Part shown: in pieces, positions 7,427-17,141 of the stretch
Numbering within the stretch: the first letter of the stretch is position 1
Layout: every line of letters begins with the position of its first letter
Origin: a virus
Taxonomy: Duplodnaviria; Caudoviricetes
IMG/VR virus record: IMGVR_UViG_3300046171_000113
Coordinates: 1 to 62,993 of that record
Strand: one strand, 5' to 3'
DNA: 62,993 bases
Translations under genes and position numbers: made by a program
The notes under the pieces: model-generated
Seen by the model: the letters and a program-made list of their open reading frames with translations, nothing else
Database searches by the model: none
What the model was told of the DNA's origin: nothing

Positions 7427-7866
7427 TTTATTCCTAACTCTTTAGCTACTTTATATTCGGTTAGGTCTACCACATTTTCTCTACCATTGGTAGTGTAGTG
7501 TTCTATTACTTGTTGTATCTTAGGTAGCTTGGTATGTGCCCAAGGCCAGATTAGGCAACACACATAAAAAGCATCTCTAAATGTACAACGCCATCTATAT
7601 TGTTTTAAGTACGGTGTACCATCAACCCGTTTACCCTTACGCGGCTTGTCAGTTAAAGTACCTACTCCTAAGACTTCATGAGCCCAAATCAAAACAGATT
7701 TATCTGTCATGGTTATTTCCATACTTAGTCTTAGACTATTTGACCACCTATACCCAGGTCTACCTTTGTGTTTCTTTTTCTTTTCCGGTCCTCGTTTAAA
7801 ATGTATCGAGCCTTCGCCATCAAATAGGCCGGCAATGTAGGCCTTATCTGTATCTGGTATTGTCAT
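7423..7866 (-). CDS. Free-standing single-motif LAGLIDADG endonuclease-like protein
   Basis: AYIAGLFDGEGSI motif. Confidence 0.8.
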   Translation of the reverse strand: MTIPDTDKAYIAGLFDGEGSIHFKRGPEKKKKHKGRPGYRWSNSLRLSMEITMTDKSVLIWAHEVLGVGTLTDKPRKGKRVDGTPYLKQYRWRCTFRDAFYVCCLIWPWAHTKLPKIQQVIEHYTTNGRENVVDLTEYKVAKELGIK

Positions 7867-7909
7867 ATTTGTACTACCACCATTAAAGTTAAAAGCATTA
7901 GAACTATTA

Positions 7910-8497
7910 TTATTTTTTCTCCAAACATATTTTTGTATCTCCCATCTCTATTGTCTTAAAACCAAAGTAAGTTAAGACGTGAGCGATAACACTTGTTTCC
8001 ATCTTATCTGTGTCATCAATAATTATTCTAGTATGGGGCGCCGAACGATTAGCAAACCACACAGCTTCAGTGAGTACATCTTTAGTCATGTGGGGACCAT
8101 CTAAATACACAAACGCATAAGTTTTTTCATTCCAAGCAGGATGACACATAAACATCGTGTCAGTCATGTTAGCGAGCGTAAACCTACCTTGATTTCTGTA
8201 TTCATACATGTCTTTCAACATAGTATCTCTCATTTGATCAGTATAATCTGCTGAAAAAGAACCTCTAAAAAATTCAGGCCAACCTTGTGTAAAAGTTCGA
8301 TCATGATGTTGGTATTTTAATTCACCATATGGATCAACTCCAACATGCATGTAGTTATTTTTTACATTGTCTAAGATAAGTTTAGAGCCATAACCTTGAC
8401 GTACACCTATCTCACAACTGTAATGACCTCTACAATCAAAGTCTTTAGCCCACTTCGTAAGAAGTTCATACTCCTTACCATCACCCTCGATTGTCAT
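7910..8497 (-). CDS. Class I SAM-dependent methyltransferase
   Basis: EIGVRQGYGS, GVDPY, VYLDGPH, IIIDD motifs. Confidence 0.8.
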   Translation of the reverse strand: MTIEGDGKEYELLTKWAKDFDCRGHYSCEIGVRQGYGSKLILDNVKNNYMHVGVDPYGELKYQHHDRTFTQGWPEFFRGSFSADYTDQMRDTMLKDMYEYRNQGRFTLANMTDTMFMCHPAWNEKTYAFVYLDGPHMTKDVLTEAVWFANRSAPHTRIIIDDTDKMETSVIAHVLTYFGFKTIEMGDTKICLEKK

Positions 8498-8666
8498 TTT
8501 TCATCCTCTTCATTCTTTTCATCTCTGAATAAAGTTCTTGCATATGAAATTGACTACAGTTCATTACAAAAAAAGATAATTCATCTCTCATGTCTTTTTG
8601 TTGTTCGTGTGCCCTTGCTTTGTTTTTACTTATCACTTCAAAGTGTTCATCTCTTAACTCTGCCAT
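8481..8666 (-). CDS. Hypothetical protein
   Basis: Fits overlapping operon. Confidence 0.6.
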   Translation of the reverse strand: MAELRDEHFEVISKNKARAHEQQKDMRDELSFFVMNCSQFHMQELYSEMKRMKRMKNDNRG

Positions 8667-8937
8667 CTTGTTCCTTTCTAAAGTAGTTAGTTGCTTTCAT
8701 TCTTACGTATTCATGATCAAAGCCGGCAAACGTACACACCGCCTTAAAATCTGCGTTAGGATCAGTAAACCATCTACGTGCTGAGTCATTATAATTTTTA
8801 TAAGACATCCCGTAAGATTTAAAACCCTTACCCATTGCATCCTCAAGAGCAACGATTAATACGTTTCTCCATAAAGATCTAACAGGGTCTTTACTTTCTC
8901 CTGCTATGTTAAGCGCTTTTAGATTTGAGTTTTCCAT
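8647..8937 (-). CDS. Conserved phage hypothetical protein
   Basis: LWRNVL...ALED...ARRWF...FKAVCTFAG pattern. Confidence 0.7.
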   Translation of the reverse strand: MENSNLKALNIAGESKDPVRSLWRNVLIVALEDAMGKGFKSYGMSYKNYNDSARRWFTDPNADFKAVCTFAGFDHEYVRMKATNYFRKEQDGRVKR

Positions 8938-9088
8938 TAAGCTTCTTAACTTTCTCTTCTACTAACATTCTTATTACTTGTGCTCTAGACAGAGTGACCC
9001 CTGGTGCCAGAACCTTTGCTAACTTATCGATGTTACCATAACAGGTATGATCAACAGCTAGACTTTTATATTTACTTATATCAGTCAT
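8909..9088 (-). CDS. 59-aa putative ribbon-helix-helix DNA-binding protein (not in ORF track)
   Basis: MTDISKYKSLAVDHTCYGNIDKLAKVLAPGVTLSRAQVIRMLVEEKVKKL...; strand-helix-SRxxVIR helix; GAAAGGA RBS; TTGACA at 9149-9154. Confidence 0.65.
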   Translation of the reverse strand: MTDISKYKSLAVDHTCYGNIDKLAKVLAPGVTLSRAQVIRMLVEEKVKKLNGKLKSKSA

Positions 9089-9153
9089 TAGTATATCCTT
9101 TCGTTATTATATATAATCATATAGGATTATTATATTTATTTACAAGGTTGTCA

Positions 9154-9435
9154 ATGAAATTTTTTTTAACAATATTCGTATGTTCAGTAGTTAATCAAAA
9201 CTGTGCTGAGGTTCCACCAACAAAACATGATTATAAACGTTTATATAGTAGTCATTATGAATGTGTACAGAAAGGACTTGGTGAGTCTTACTCTATCTTG
9301 TATGACGGCGAACTTTTTGCACAACCTGTTGTGGAGGCTTTAGAATTATATCCCAAGTTTCATTGTGCAAAGGTTGAAAATTATCAAGAGAGCGAACCAG
9401 CCGATACCACTCCTCCCGTAACGCAGGATCTTTAG
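9154..9435 (+). CDS. Hypothetical protein with hydrophobic N-terminus and Cys residues (start MKFFLTIF)
   Basis: Internal ATG of the ORF-track entry. Confidence 0.6.
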   Translation: MKFFLTIFVCSVVNQNCAEVPPTKHDYKRLYSSHYECVQKGLGESYSILYDGELFAQPVVEALELYPKFHCAKVENYQESEPADTTPPVTQDL

Positions 9436-9449
9436 TTTTATTATACCGT

Positions 9450-9584
9450 CTACTTAGCTCGTCTGCCTTGACGGTGATATTTCTTATGATGTGTTCTTTC
9501 ATTTTTATTTAAACTTTTTTTATGACGTCGAGGTCGTTTCTTAGGTTTGTCTCTTGTCTCGAATGATTTAAATTTTCTCGCCAT
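9450..9584 (-). CDS. 44-aa highly basic peptide MARKFKSFETRDKPKKRPRRHKK... (not in ORF track)
   Basis: Translated by hand; overlaps the stop of the upstream gene. Confidence 0.55.
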   Translation of the reverse strand: MARKFKSFETRDKPKKRPRRHKKSLNKNERTHHKKYHRQGRRAK

Positions 9585-9795
9585 TTTGTTTTATAAATTT
9601 TTTATCTCTTTCATTTAATTTTAAGTATCTTATACTTCCGTTTATGTGTTGTCTAGTGTCACTTCCACAGTTAACACACCTGTAATACTCTGACACTATA
9701 GCTACTAGTATTGTCTCTTCTTGACACTCTTCACATATACCATGAACAGTATCTATTTTTGCAAATGTTTTAAATTTATTCGACAACTCTACCAC
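9568..9795 (-). CDS. Small Zn-ribbon protein
   Basis: CEEC...CVNCG. Confidence 0.65.
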   Translation of the reverse strand: MVELSNKFKTFAKIDTVHGICEECQEETILVAIVSEYYRCVNCGSDTRQHINGSIRYLKLNERDKKFIKQNGEKI

Positions 9796-10261
9796 CTTTC
9801 CATTTCATATCTGGTAAGCCTTCAGTGTATCGTTTACCATCAAAAGTTAAAACTTGTTTTCTATTTGAACCTGATTCGTGATAAGATATGTGGACCCAGC
9901 CCCCTGCGGGATCGTCTTTGTCAAAAAATTCCATGATCAATTGATCAAAGTCAACGTTGTTTTGTAACCAGTAAGCTGTCTGAATGTTGGGTACGCCAAA
10001 TATTTCTAGGTCAACCGCCTGGCCTTTGGCATGCTGCGATGTCTTTTTGCTGCCGATCGCCTCACACAACGCCTCGCTCCGGTATCCGCTGGTAATTGTA
10101 ACTGGTTTGTCAAAGTGTGCACGTAGTGGTTCAAGAATTTCATAACAAAGATCACCTAGACTTTTAATCTCACCAGATCCTGGTGTATTGTCTATACCCT
10201 TACGTGTCGCTGTCATCGACTTGGTCATCTCTTTAAGAGTAAAGTGTTTGGAAAGTTGCAT
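9776..10261 (-). CDS. Peptidase M15 family endolysin
   Basis: SGYRS, SQHAKGQAVD, WVHIS motifs. Confidence 0.88.
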   Translation of the reverse strand: MQLSKHFTLKEMTKSMTATRKGIDNTPGSGEIKSLGDLCYEILEPLRAHFDKPVTITSGYRSEALCEAIGSKKTSQHAKGQAVDLEIFGVPNIQTAYWLQNNVDFDQLIMEFFDKDDPAGGWVHISYHESGSNRKQVLTFDGKRYTEGLPDMKWKGGRVVE

Positions 10262-10480
10262 TTATTTTATAATTTTTTTAATAGCCTTAGATCCATCTAT
10301 GTTTTCTTCTAATTCTGCCTCTACCTTTTCACATTTGTATCCAATATTATCATTTGCTGAACGTTCTGCAACACGTTTTCCTTTTAAACAATCTGACATT
10401 GCTGGTTGTATTCTATGTTCTGTAAGTTCGCCTGCTACAAACATACAAAGTGCAACAACACTACTGATGACCGTTTCCAT
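10262..10480 (-). CDS. Hypothetical protein
   Basis: Operon continuity. Confidence 0.65.
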   Translation of the reverse strand: METVISSVVALCMFVAGELTEHRIQPAMSDCLKGKRVAERSANDNIGYKCEKVEAELEENIDGSKAIKKIIK

Positions 10481-10841
10481 TTGCTCTTACCTTATCTTTT
10501 AATTGTTCTACATCATCTAATGCTTTTTCTAATTGTGTTTTTAAAAATTCTATATTAACTTTGTTAGTCATATTTTGTTCTTGATTTTCAGTTAATTTTT
10601 CAACGTCACCGTACAACGCTTCTATTAACATAAATTGTTCTTGGTCTGTAGGTTTCTGTTCAGATTTTTTTAATAAATCAGCATTAAATAATTCTCTGGA
10701 TGTCTCCAACGATACCAGCCTCGCAGTTAGCTCTGTGTATCCGAGTACGCCCATTCCAACAAGAATAATTAGACTAGCAACCGTCTTCATCGGCATCTGT
10801 ACAGCTGCAGATTCAGATATGTTTAATGGTTTGTTACTCAT
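10461..10841 (-). CDS. Membrane-anchored coiled-coil protein (lysis-associated?)
   Basis: N-terminal TM plus coiled coil next to endolysin. Confidence 0.6.
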   Translation of the reverse strand: MSNKPLNISESAAVQMPMKTVASLIILVGMGVLGYTELTARLVSLETSRELFNADLLKKSEQKPTDQEQFMLIEALYGDVEKLTENQEQNMTNKVNIEFLKTQLEKALDDVEQLKDKVRANGNGHQ

Positions 10842-11371
10842 CTTATAATTTTATCACCCATAAGTTTGATGTCAGGGTTTTCTTTTTTATAATCATCTTT
10901 AATTGAATCCCAGTAGCTTCCATCAGGTTTAATAATTTTATCATCGGGGATTATTATACCAGAACATTTAGAAACCAAAAGTTTGAAGTTAGGATTTCTG
11001 CTTAAAGTGGGGTTTTTATTGACTTTTCCGCACATTTTCATTAGCTCTAGCTGTTGTTTTAGCTCCATATTTTCTTGTTGAACGTCTTTAAATCTGTCGG
11101 TACATGCAGAGCCTAAATAGTGTCTCCAAGTTAATCTTAACGACCTATCATCAGAAGGACTAGTATAATTATTATCGGGATTAAAATGCCTATAACTGTT
11201 TTCTGAATCTCTTTGTTCGACTGATAAGCTGAGATCACCAGTGCTACAAGTATTAGTACCATTATTAAGATACTCATTTCTACTATGCGCTGGTCCACCA
11301 AACAAAGCTAGCAGAGTTAACATAATTATTAGTATCGCTGTAAATCTGTAATCCATCCTGGCTATCTCCAT
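10838..11371 (-). CDS. Exported hypothetical protein
   Basis: Signal-peptide-like N-terminus ending AHS. Confidence 0.65.
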   Translation of the reverse strand: MEIARMDYRFTAILIIMLTLLALFGGPAHSRNEYLNNGTNTCSTGDLSLSVEQRDSENSYRHFNPDNNYTSPSDDRSLRLTWRHYLGSACTDRFKDVQQENMELKQQLELMKMCGKVNKNPTLSRNPNFKLLVSKCSGIIIPDDKIIKPDGSYWDSIKDDYKKENPDIKLMGDKIIR

Positions 11372-11379
11372 AATACATC

Positions 11380-11691
11380 CTAATAATTAATTTCCCGATT
11401 GAGATCTTTGATATCATAACTGTGTTCTCTAACTTGATCAGCTAATTGTCTATATAAATTTTCTGCCATCTGCCATGTTGCTTCAGCAGAAGATAGTCTT
11501 GTATTTATATCTGTAATATTTTTTTCTAATACACCTACGTCTCTTTCAAGATTAGTAAGTCTTAGCTCATTTTGATTAATAGTATCTGTTAGATTAACAA
11601 TATAACGTACACCCGTAAATGTCCCGACTAGCACTGAAGCTACCACAGGTACCATTACTATGTTTTTCTTTAACAGGTCTACTAAATTCAT
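11380..11691 (-). CDS. TM plus coiled-coil protein
   Basis: Hydrophobic N-terminus, heptad pattern. Confidence 0.65.
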   Translation of the reverse strand: MNLVDLLKKNIVMVPVVASVLVGTFTGVRYIVNLTDTINQNELRLTNLERDVGVLEKNITDINTRLSSAEATWQMAENLYRQLADQVREHSYDIKDLNREINY

Positions 11692-11700
11692 ATTGCATCC

Positions 11701-11859
11701 TTATGTCAACCAACTAATAATTTTCTCCCACCATTTGTTCCCTGGTGCTTGACTCAAACTGCAATCACAGTGAGCACACTTGTTAATACCTTCGTGAACG
11801 TGACGTCTTAACATGTGTCCACAAAGATCACACATCTTTGGTTGCGGTTGTTTAATCAT
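11701..11859 (-). CDS. 52-aa Cys/His Zn-finger-like protein (not in ORF track)
   Basis: MIKQPQPKMCDLCGHMLRRHVHEGINKCAHCDC... Confidence 0.55.
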   Translation of the reverse strand: MIKQPQPKMCDLCGHMLRRHVHEGINKCAHCDCSLSQAPGNKWWEKIISWLT

Positions 11860-11863
11860 GTTA

Positions 11864-12007
11864 TTAAAATATTACTGCGCCAAGTACAAAAGATACTACA
11901 GCGATTACGATTTCAGTTCTGTTTTGTAGTTGCCAAACCAGAAATTTCTCAAATTTTAAGATTGATTGTTGCTTAATCACTTCTTTGTATTTACTTATCA
12001 TCATCAT
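11864..12007 (-). CDS. Small C-terminally anchored membrane protein (not in ORF track)
   Basis: ...RTEIVIAVVSFVLGAVIF*. Confidence 0.45.
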   Translation of the reverse strand: MMMISKYKEVIKQQSILKFEKFLVWQLQNRTEIVIAVVSFVLGAVIF

Positions 12008-12650
12008 CCTCCAAGTTTCTCAGCTTATAATCGTAACTACCTTCTTCGTGTTCGTCAGTAATCCATTTAGCTGAATTTTCTACGGAGTATATTTTACTCG
12101 TAACTAGTCTATTGATCAAGGTTTTATTTAGGTCTGTACCCATTGATGCATCAAACATTTTAAGTCTATTATTTGGCTGTATTGCGTAGTTTCCATCCTC
12201 TAATTCAAGAACATGGCCACACTTATGTTGATCAGGTTTTTCTGCATAACCAAAATTTAACTCATTAAAGTCACCTGCGCACCAATCAATTGTAAATAAA
12301 TATTTACCTTTACGCTTTACCTTACGTCTGGATACGTATTGCATAGTAGCACCAGCTAATTCATAAAAAGTTGTAACACTTACATTATAACTAAAACTGT
12401 CCCACATAACTATTTCGTCAAGTGGTAGTTCTTTTACACCAGGTTTAGTACAAAAAGCTGATATAGGTGCTCGCCACCATAGACCACCATCTTCCATTAA
12501 GAAATGAAACATAGGAACTCTGTTTGGAATAGAACTAAAACCAAATATTGAACAGTCAAAATATTTATCGTGTGAATCTTTTTGATCTCTTAAAAAATTA
12601 CCTCTTACGTAACACTCTATTACTGGTATGTTTGCATTTAAATAAGCCAT
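11991..12650 (-). CDS. Conserved phage protein of unknown function
   Basis: 219-aa ORF starting MAYLNANIP. Confidence 0.8.
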   Translation of the reverse strand: MAYLNANIPVIECYVRGNFLRDQKDSHDKYFDCSIFGFSSIPNRVPMFHFLMEDGGLWWRAPISAFCTKPGVKELPLDEIVMWDSFSYNVSVTTFYELAGATMQYVSRRKVKRKGKYLFTIDWCAGDFNELNFGYAEKPDQHKCGHVLELEDGNYAIQPNNRLKMFDASMGTDLNKTLINRLVTSKIYSVENSAKWITDEHEEGSYDYKLRNLEDDDDK

Positions 12651-12652
12651 AA

Positions 12653-13027
12653 TTATTTCATTTCTCCATTTTTGTAATCACAAGAGCTATCAAATAATTT
12701 ATAATTACAAGTTAACTCTTCTCCAATGTTTATATCTCTTAATGCATACCCTTCATTGTCAATGTTAGGGCTATCACTATGATTTATATAGTTTGTATTT
12801 CCTAATTCTAACACTAATAAATTAGAATCTAAGTCATAATTATATGCATGATTGTTAAAATGTTTTTGTATAGAGTATTCTAAATTTTTTAAGTTATCCT
12901 TTTCAACTATACAATCAAGTCCAGGAATAATTTTAGATATTAAAATTTTTTCTTTTATAAATTCATCGGCAAACACACCTATTCCATGTATTTTACTTTT
13001 ATCTAAATATGTATTGACTATTAACAT
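12653..13027 (-). CDS. SET-domain protein
   Basis: SKIHGIGVFA, YINHSDSPN, ALRDINIGEELTCNY. Confidence 0.88.
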   Translation of the reverse strand: MLIVNTYLDKSKIHGIGVFADEFIKEKILISKIIPGLDCIVEKDNLKNLEYSIQKHFNNHAYNYDLDSNLLVLELGNTNYINHSDSPNIDNEGYALRDINIGEELTCNYKLFDSSCDYKNGEMK

Positions 13028-13033
13028 TATTTC

Positions 13034-14989
13034 TCATTTTATGTTACCCCAATTTGGCCCTGATTCATAGTCAACCTTATTAGGAATTTGTAATTTAACC
13101 GCCGTCTCCATTATTTTTATAATGTCGTCAGAGTTATCTTTTTCTCCAAGAGGAATAGATATATCAAGCTCATCGTGTATCTGTATATGCGGTGTGATGC
13201 CTTCCTTATATAGTTCTAACATAGCTTTTTTAGTCATGTCTGCAGCACTACCTTGAATTAATTTGTTTAATGCTTTGTAAGTAAAAGCTCTACGATGACC
13301 ATTCTCATGCCAATAATTTTTTTGTTTATTACCATCTTTGTCTTTAATAAATTCCCCTTCTTCATCTTTCATAAACTCACCCATTGCTTGGAGCTCTAAC
13401 ATTCTTTCATGATCTTGTGCAGGTACAAACCTACCCCAATCACTGCCTTTTAATATAGGTTCGTATTTTGGAAATCTACATTTTCTGTTTAAGATAGTTT
13501 TAATTCTACCTTGATCTTGAGCAGCACTCATTAATTGATTTGTTAATTGTTTTACAAATGGAACTTTACCATGATAGGTATCAAATAATTCTTTAGCTTT
13601 GTCTTTAGATACACCAAGTTCTGCTTCTAGTTTAGCTTTACCCATTCCATAAAACAAACCTAAGTTAATTACTTTAGCTTGACCTCTTGGAATTTTAGCC
13701 ATGTCAGCAACAGTCTGGTGAAAGTCTGCTTTTGGATCAGTGTCATATGCATCAGCAATTTTATTAACTGAAGCTAATCCAAATCTTAATGCATACTCTG
13801 TAACTAATCTTGGCTCCTGTTGCGAGTAGTCAAACGTACCCCACTTGCAACCTTCTTCAGGTAAGAATAAACTTCTTATCAAAGGTCCTGTGTTTGGATC
13901 CTTAGCTGGAATTTGTTGCAGGTTAGGATTAGAATAACTAAATCTACCGGTAACTGTGCCTCCATCATCAGATCTAATTTGATTTATCTCTGCATGAATT
14001 CTACCATTATGTTCGTGTCTTAAAATTGTATCAATGAATGTTGTATTAACCTTGTTTATTTTCCTAGCTTCTGCTATCATTTTAATTACAGGATGCTCAT
14101 GATTAGAAAGGAAATTTTTTGTAAATGAAGGTGCACCAGTTTTTACAGTTTTTTCAAAAGGTAGTTTCAAATGTTCAAAGACTTTTTGAATACTACGTGC
14201 AGCCCATATTTGAGTTTCTACTCCTGTCTCTATTTTTACTTGGTGGATTAATCTTTCTTCTTGTGTTGTTAATTCTTTTTTTAATTGATTGGCTCTTGTC
14301 ACGTCTACCCGCACCCCTAGGAAACGCATATCGACTAAACAAGGAAACAGATCTGTCTCAAGATTAAATATATCTTGACAATCATCTTCTACTAATAATT
14401 TTTTTACATGTTGCCAAAGTTTAAAAGTTAATTCAGCATCTTTTTCAGCATAAGCTCCTACTTCACTTGCAGGTAATTTCCACATTTCTGCTTTTGGATC
14501 AAGCCCTCTTGACTTAGCTGCTTCATTCAAAGCTTTTTCATTCTTACCTTCGTTAAGATAATGCCATGACAATGCATTTAATGTATATGCAAATCTATTC
14601 TCATCTAAGACTGAACATGCAATCATGGTATCTACGATTAAACCATTGATTTTTATACCTAAATTACGTATCCAACATACGTCATACATTGCGTTATGAA
14701 ATATTTTTGTAGCTGGACATTCACAAATATCTTTAAACCATTCTAAAGTTTTAACTCTATTCATGTTTGGTCCTTCACCATGTGCTATAGGAAAATACCA
14801 TTTATCATTAAAAGTAGCGACAGCAATACCAACAACTTCACCATTACCTGTAACTGCACCAGATCCTTTTGATTTTAAATTTGGATCACGTGTTTCTAAG
14901 TCAATTGATATCTCATCATAACTTCTTAGATCAGGGTATTCTGTGGGCTGTACCCATTCGGTTTGTGTTAAGTATTTAGGTATCTTCAT
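13034..14989 (-). CDS. polA: DNA polymerase family A with 3'-5' exonuclease
   Basis: DLET, HNAMYD exonuclease motifs; TGRFS, DYSQQEPR, KVINLGLFYG, QGSAAD, HDEL. Confidence 0.95.
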   Translation of the reverse strand: MKIPKYLTQTEWVQPTEYPDLRSYDEISIDLETRDPNLKSKGSGAVTGNGEVVGIAVATFNDKWYFPIAHGEGPNMNRVKTLEWFKDICECPATKIFHNAMYDVCWIRNLGIKINGLIVDTMIACSVLDENRFAYTLNALSWHYLNEGKNEKALNEAAKSRGLDPKAEMWKLPASEVGAYAEKDAELTFKLWQHVKKLLVEDDCQDIFNLETDLFPCLVDMRFLGVRVDVTRANQLKKELTTQEERLIHQVKIETGVETQIWAARSIQKVFEHLKLPFEKTVKTGAPSFTKNFLSNHEHPVIKMIAEARKINKVNTTFIDTILRHEHNGRIHAEINQIRSDDGGTVTGRFSYSNPNLQQIPAKDPNTGPLIRSLFLPEEGCKWGTFDYSQQEPRLVTEYALRFGLASVNKIADAYDTDPKADFHQTVADMAKIPRGQAKVINLGLFYGMGKAKLEAELGVSKDKAKELFDTYHGKVPFVKQLTNQLMSAAQDQGRIKTILNRKCRFPKYEPILKGSDWGRFVPAQDHERMLELQAMGEFMKDEEGEFIKDKDGNKQKNYWHENGHRRAFTYKALNKLIQGSAADMTKKAMLELYKEGITPHIQIHDELDISIPLGEKDNSDDIIKIMETAVKLQIPNKVDYESGPNWGNIK

Positions 14990-15171
14990 TTTGATAATAT
15001 ATATTTCTTTTCTACTAACTTATTTAATTTATTTTTATTACTAAACGCATACAAAGCTGCTTCATAGCTATGTGGAAATATTTCCCAATCAACTAGAGTA
15101 CCATAAATTTCTAAACGAAACTCATGTTTATTTACTGTAATATTTTTTGCTTTAAAATTTCTGTTAGGCAT
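14986..15171 (-). CDS. Hypothetical protein
   Basis: Coupled overlaps. Confidence 0.55.
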   Translation of the reverse strand: MPNRNFKAKNITVNKHEFRLEIYGTLVDWEIFPHSYEAALYAFSNKNKLNKLVEKKYILSK

Positions 15172-15419
15172 TATTTTTTCTTTTTCATATCATTCATTTT
15201 TAACATTTCTAATTGACAGTAGTGTACAATTTTTTTAAGATCCTCTGCTCCCCCTTTCCTTTGATAGCGACAAACATATTTAATAACGTTGCCCTGAAAG
15301 AACGAGAGATCGTTTTTAGAAATAAATTCATATGGTTGAATAGGAAATTTTGTGTAATGATTCCCGCCTACCTGAGTGTATTGTGGAAATGATTCTTCGA
15401 ATATATCTTTATGCGTCAT
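15171..15419 (-). CDS. DUF3310/SaV-like small protein
   Basis: QVGGNHY...GNVIKYVCRY..KGG.EDLKK. Confidence 0.8.
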   Translation of the reverse strand: MTHKDIFEESFPQYTQVGGNHYTKFPIQPYEFISKNDLSFFQGNVIKYVCRYQRKGGAEDLKKIVHYCQLEMLKMNDMKKKK

Positions 15420-15717
15420 AGTTTTTCTCCCTTTTTAAATATAATTGTTTTAAGTTTTTTAGAAATCCTTCCTCCCATACCCAGAATCTATCAGTGTATG
15501 ATTCCATATTACCTGGCATTCCAACATAAGAATATGAACGATCTTTTTTAAGCCATGATCTAGGTACCCACATCTCAACAGGATCTAAAAACTTTTTAAA
15601 TTTTTTGTATAATTTATTATACTTTGTGCTTTTAACTTTATTTACTTTTATCAAAACAGCTTTCGGTGTTTTTCTTAATACATCAAATTCAATTTGTCTG
15701 TGAAAAAATGTACTCAT
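15409..15717 (-). CDS. Hypothetical protein
   Basis: Coupled overlaps. Confidence 0.6.
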   Translation of the reverse strand: MSTFFHRQIEFDVLRKTPKAVLIKVNKVKSTKYNKLYKKFKKFLDPVEMWVPRSWLKKDRSYSYVGMPGNMESYTDRFWVWEEGFLKNLKQLYLKREKNYDA

Positions 15718-17141
15718 AGTTGATACTCCTTTATTTTCTTTTTAGCTTTCAATTTGTATAAGTTATTTCTTGCTCTTGTGATACCCACGTACCACACTCT
15801 ATGCTCTTCATCTTGTTTGTCAACACTTAGACGAATACTTTTCTGTACTTTAGAACCTTGATGTAAAGAAAGTATTACATTATCTTCTTCACCACCTTTT
15901 ATTGCATGAATAGTTGATAACCATATCCTTGCATTTTCATAAAGTTTTTCACCCCCAGAAATTATATTTCGAATGTAAAGTATTTCTTTCTGATCAGCTA
16001 CGAATATATCATACCAATTTTTTTCAGGATCCCAATTACCATTGGGAATATATTCTCTGACATCATTGATTTCTTTTTCTTCAACTTACCTTCTCTTATC
16101 CATTTAGTGTAAGCCATTGCTCCATTATAAATACCTACGTTAAAACTTTTACCTTTGTTACTTTGATAATAAATATTTTTACTTTTAAGTTCTTTCATTA
16201 TGTCTAACAAATTGCTTTTAGTTCTTGTTAAGATTAACCACTTACCTTTTGTAAGATCAACTTGTCCTAAATTATTGATATGAGACGCAAAGCCCTCTTG
16301 CGCCCGTGGTAGATATTCTTTGTGTTTCCTGATGCCTGATATACGACTCACTGCTATTTGAGATTGTTCTTGCACTGCTCTTGATACTCTTCTCGAATAC
16401 CTTAAAACACTTTCATTTGCAGGTTCTTTTATAAATCTATTAACGTCAGCTCCAGCCCAAGCAAATATAGCTTGGTCGTCATCGCCAGCTAAATACATAT
16501 CATCACAGTTCTCTCTTAACTTATCATACAGTTGCCATTGTAATGGAGACAAGTCTTGTGCTTCATCAATGAAGATAGCTTTTAATTTAGGAATCTTACC
16601 TGAGTTTATAACTTTTTTAATTAGATCATTAAAATCTAATAGATGCATTTTCTTTTTATATTCTTGTAGGTTTATGTAAATATGATTTAACGTGTCCCAA
16701 CTTCTATATCTTTTCTATCATGTTCATTAAGATTAAATTCTTCTCGTAGAGGTATATCTTTGTTAATAGATCTTTGTATCATTTGAAAGTAAGGATTATT
16801 ACAAGTTAAGAAATGTGTCTGTTCATCATTATACTTATCATTAAAGTTAACTCTTACATTTAACTTCTTACCAAAGCTTCATAGTGATGTGGTTGAATGA
16901 TAGCGCTTTCATTTAAATTTAATAAGTGAAAACAAAATGCGTGAAGTGTTTGAAAATATGGAACTTGTTTTTCATCTACACCAATTCTATTTCTAGCTTC
17001 TTTCGCTGCTTTCTTTGTGAAAGCAAAGTAACCTATCTTGTGATAAGGTGTACCTGTTCTTACATAAGCATTAACTCTTCTAATTAATCTAAAAGTTTTA
17101 CCTGTCCCAGGTGGACCATATATCTTAATAGGTTTTTTCAT
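15714..17141 (-). CDS. UvrD/Rep-like SF1 helicase, split by frameshifts
   Basis: GPPGTGKT, QTLH, IDEAQD, GDDDQAI; STIHAIKGGE and YVGITRA read in a downstream frame. Confidence 0.85.
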
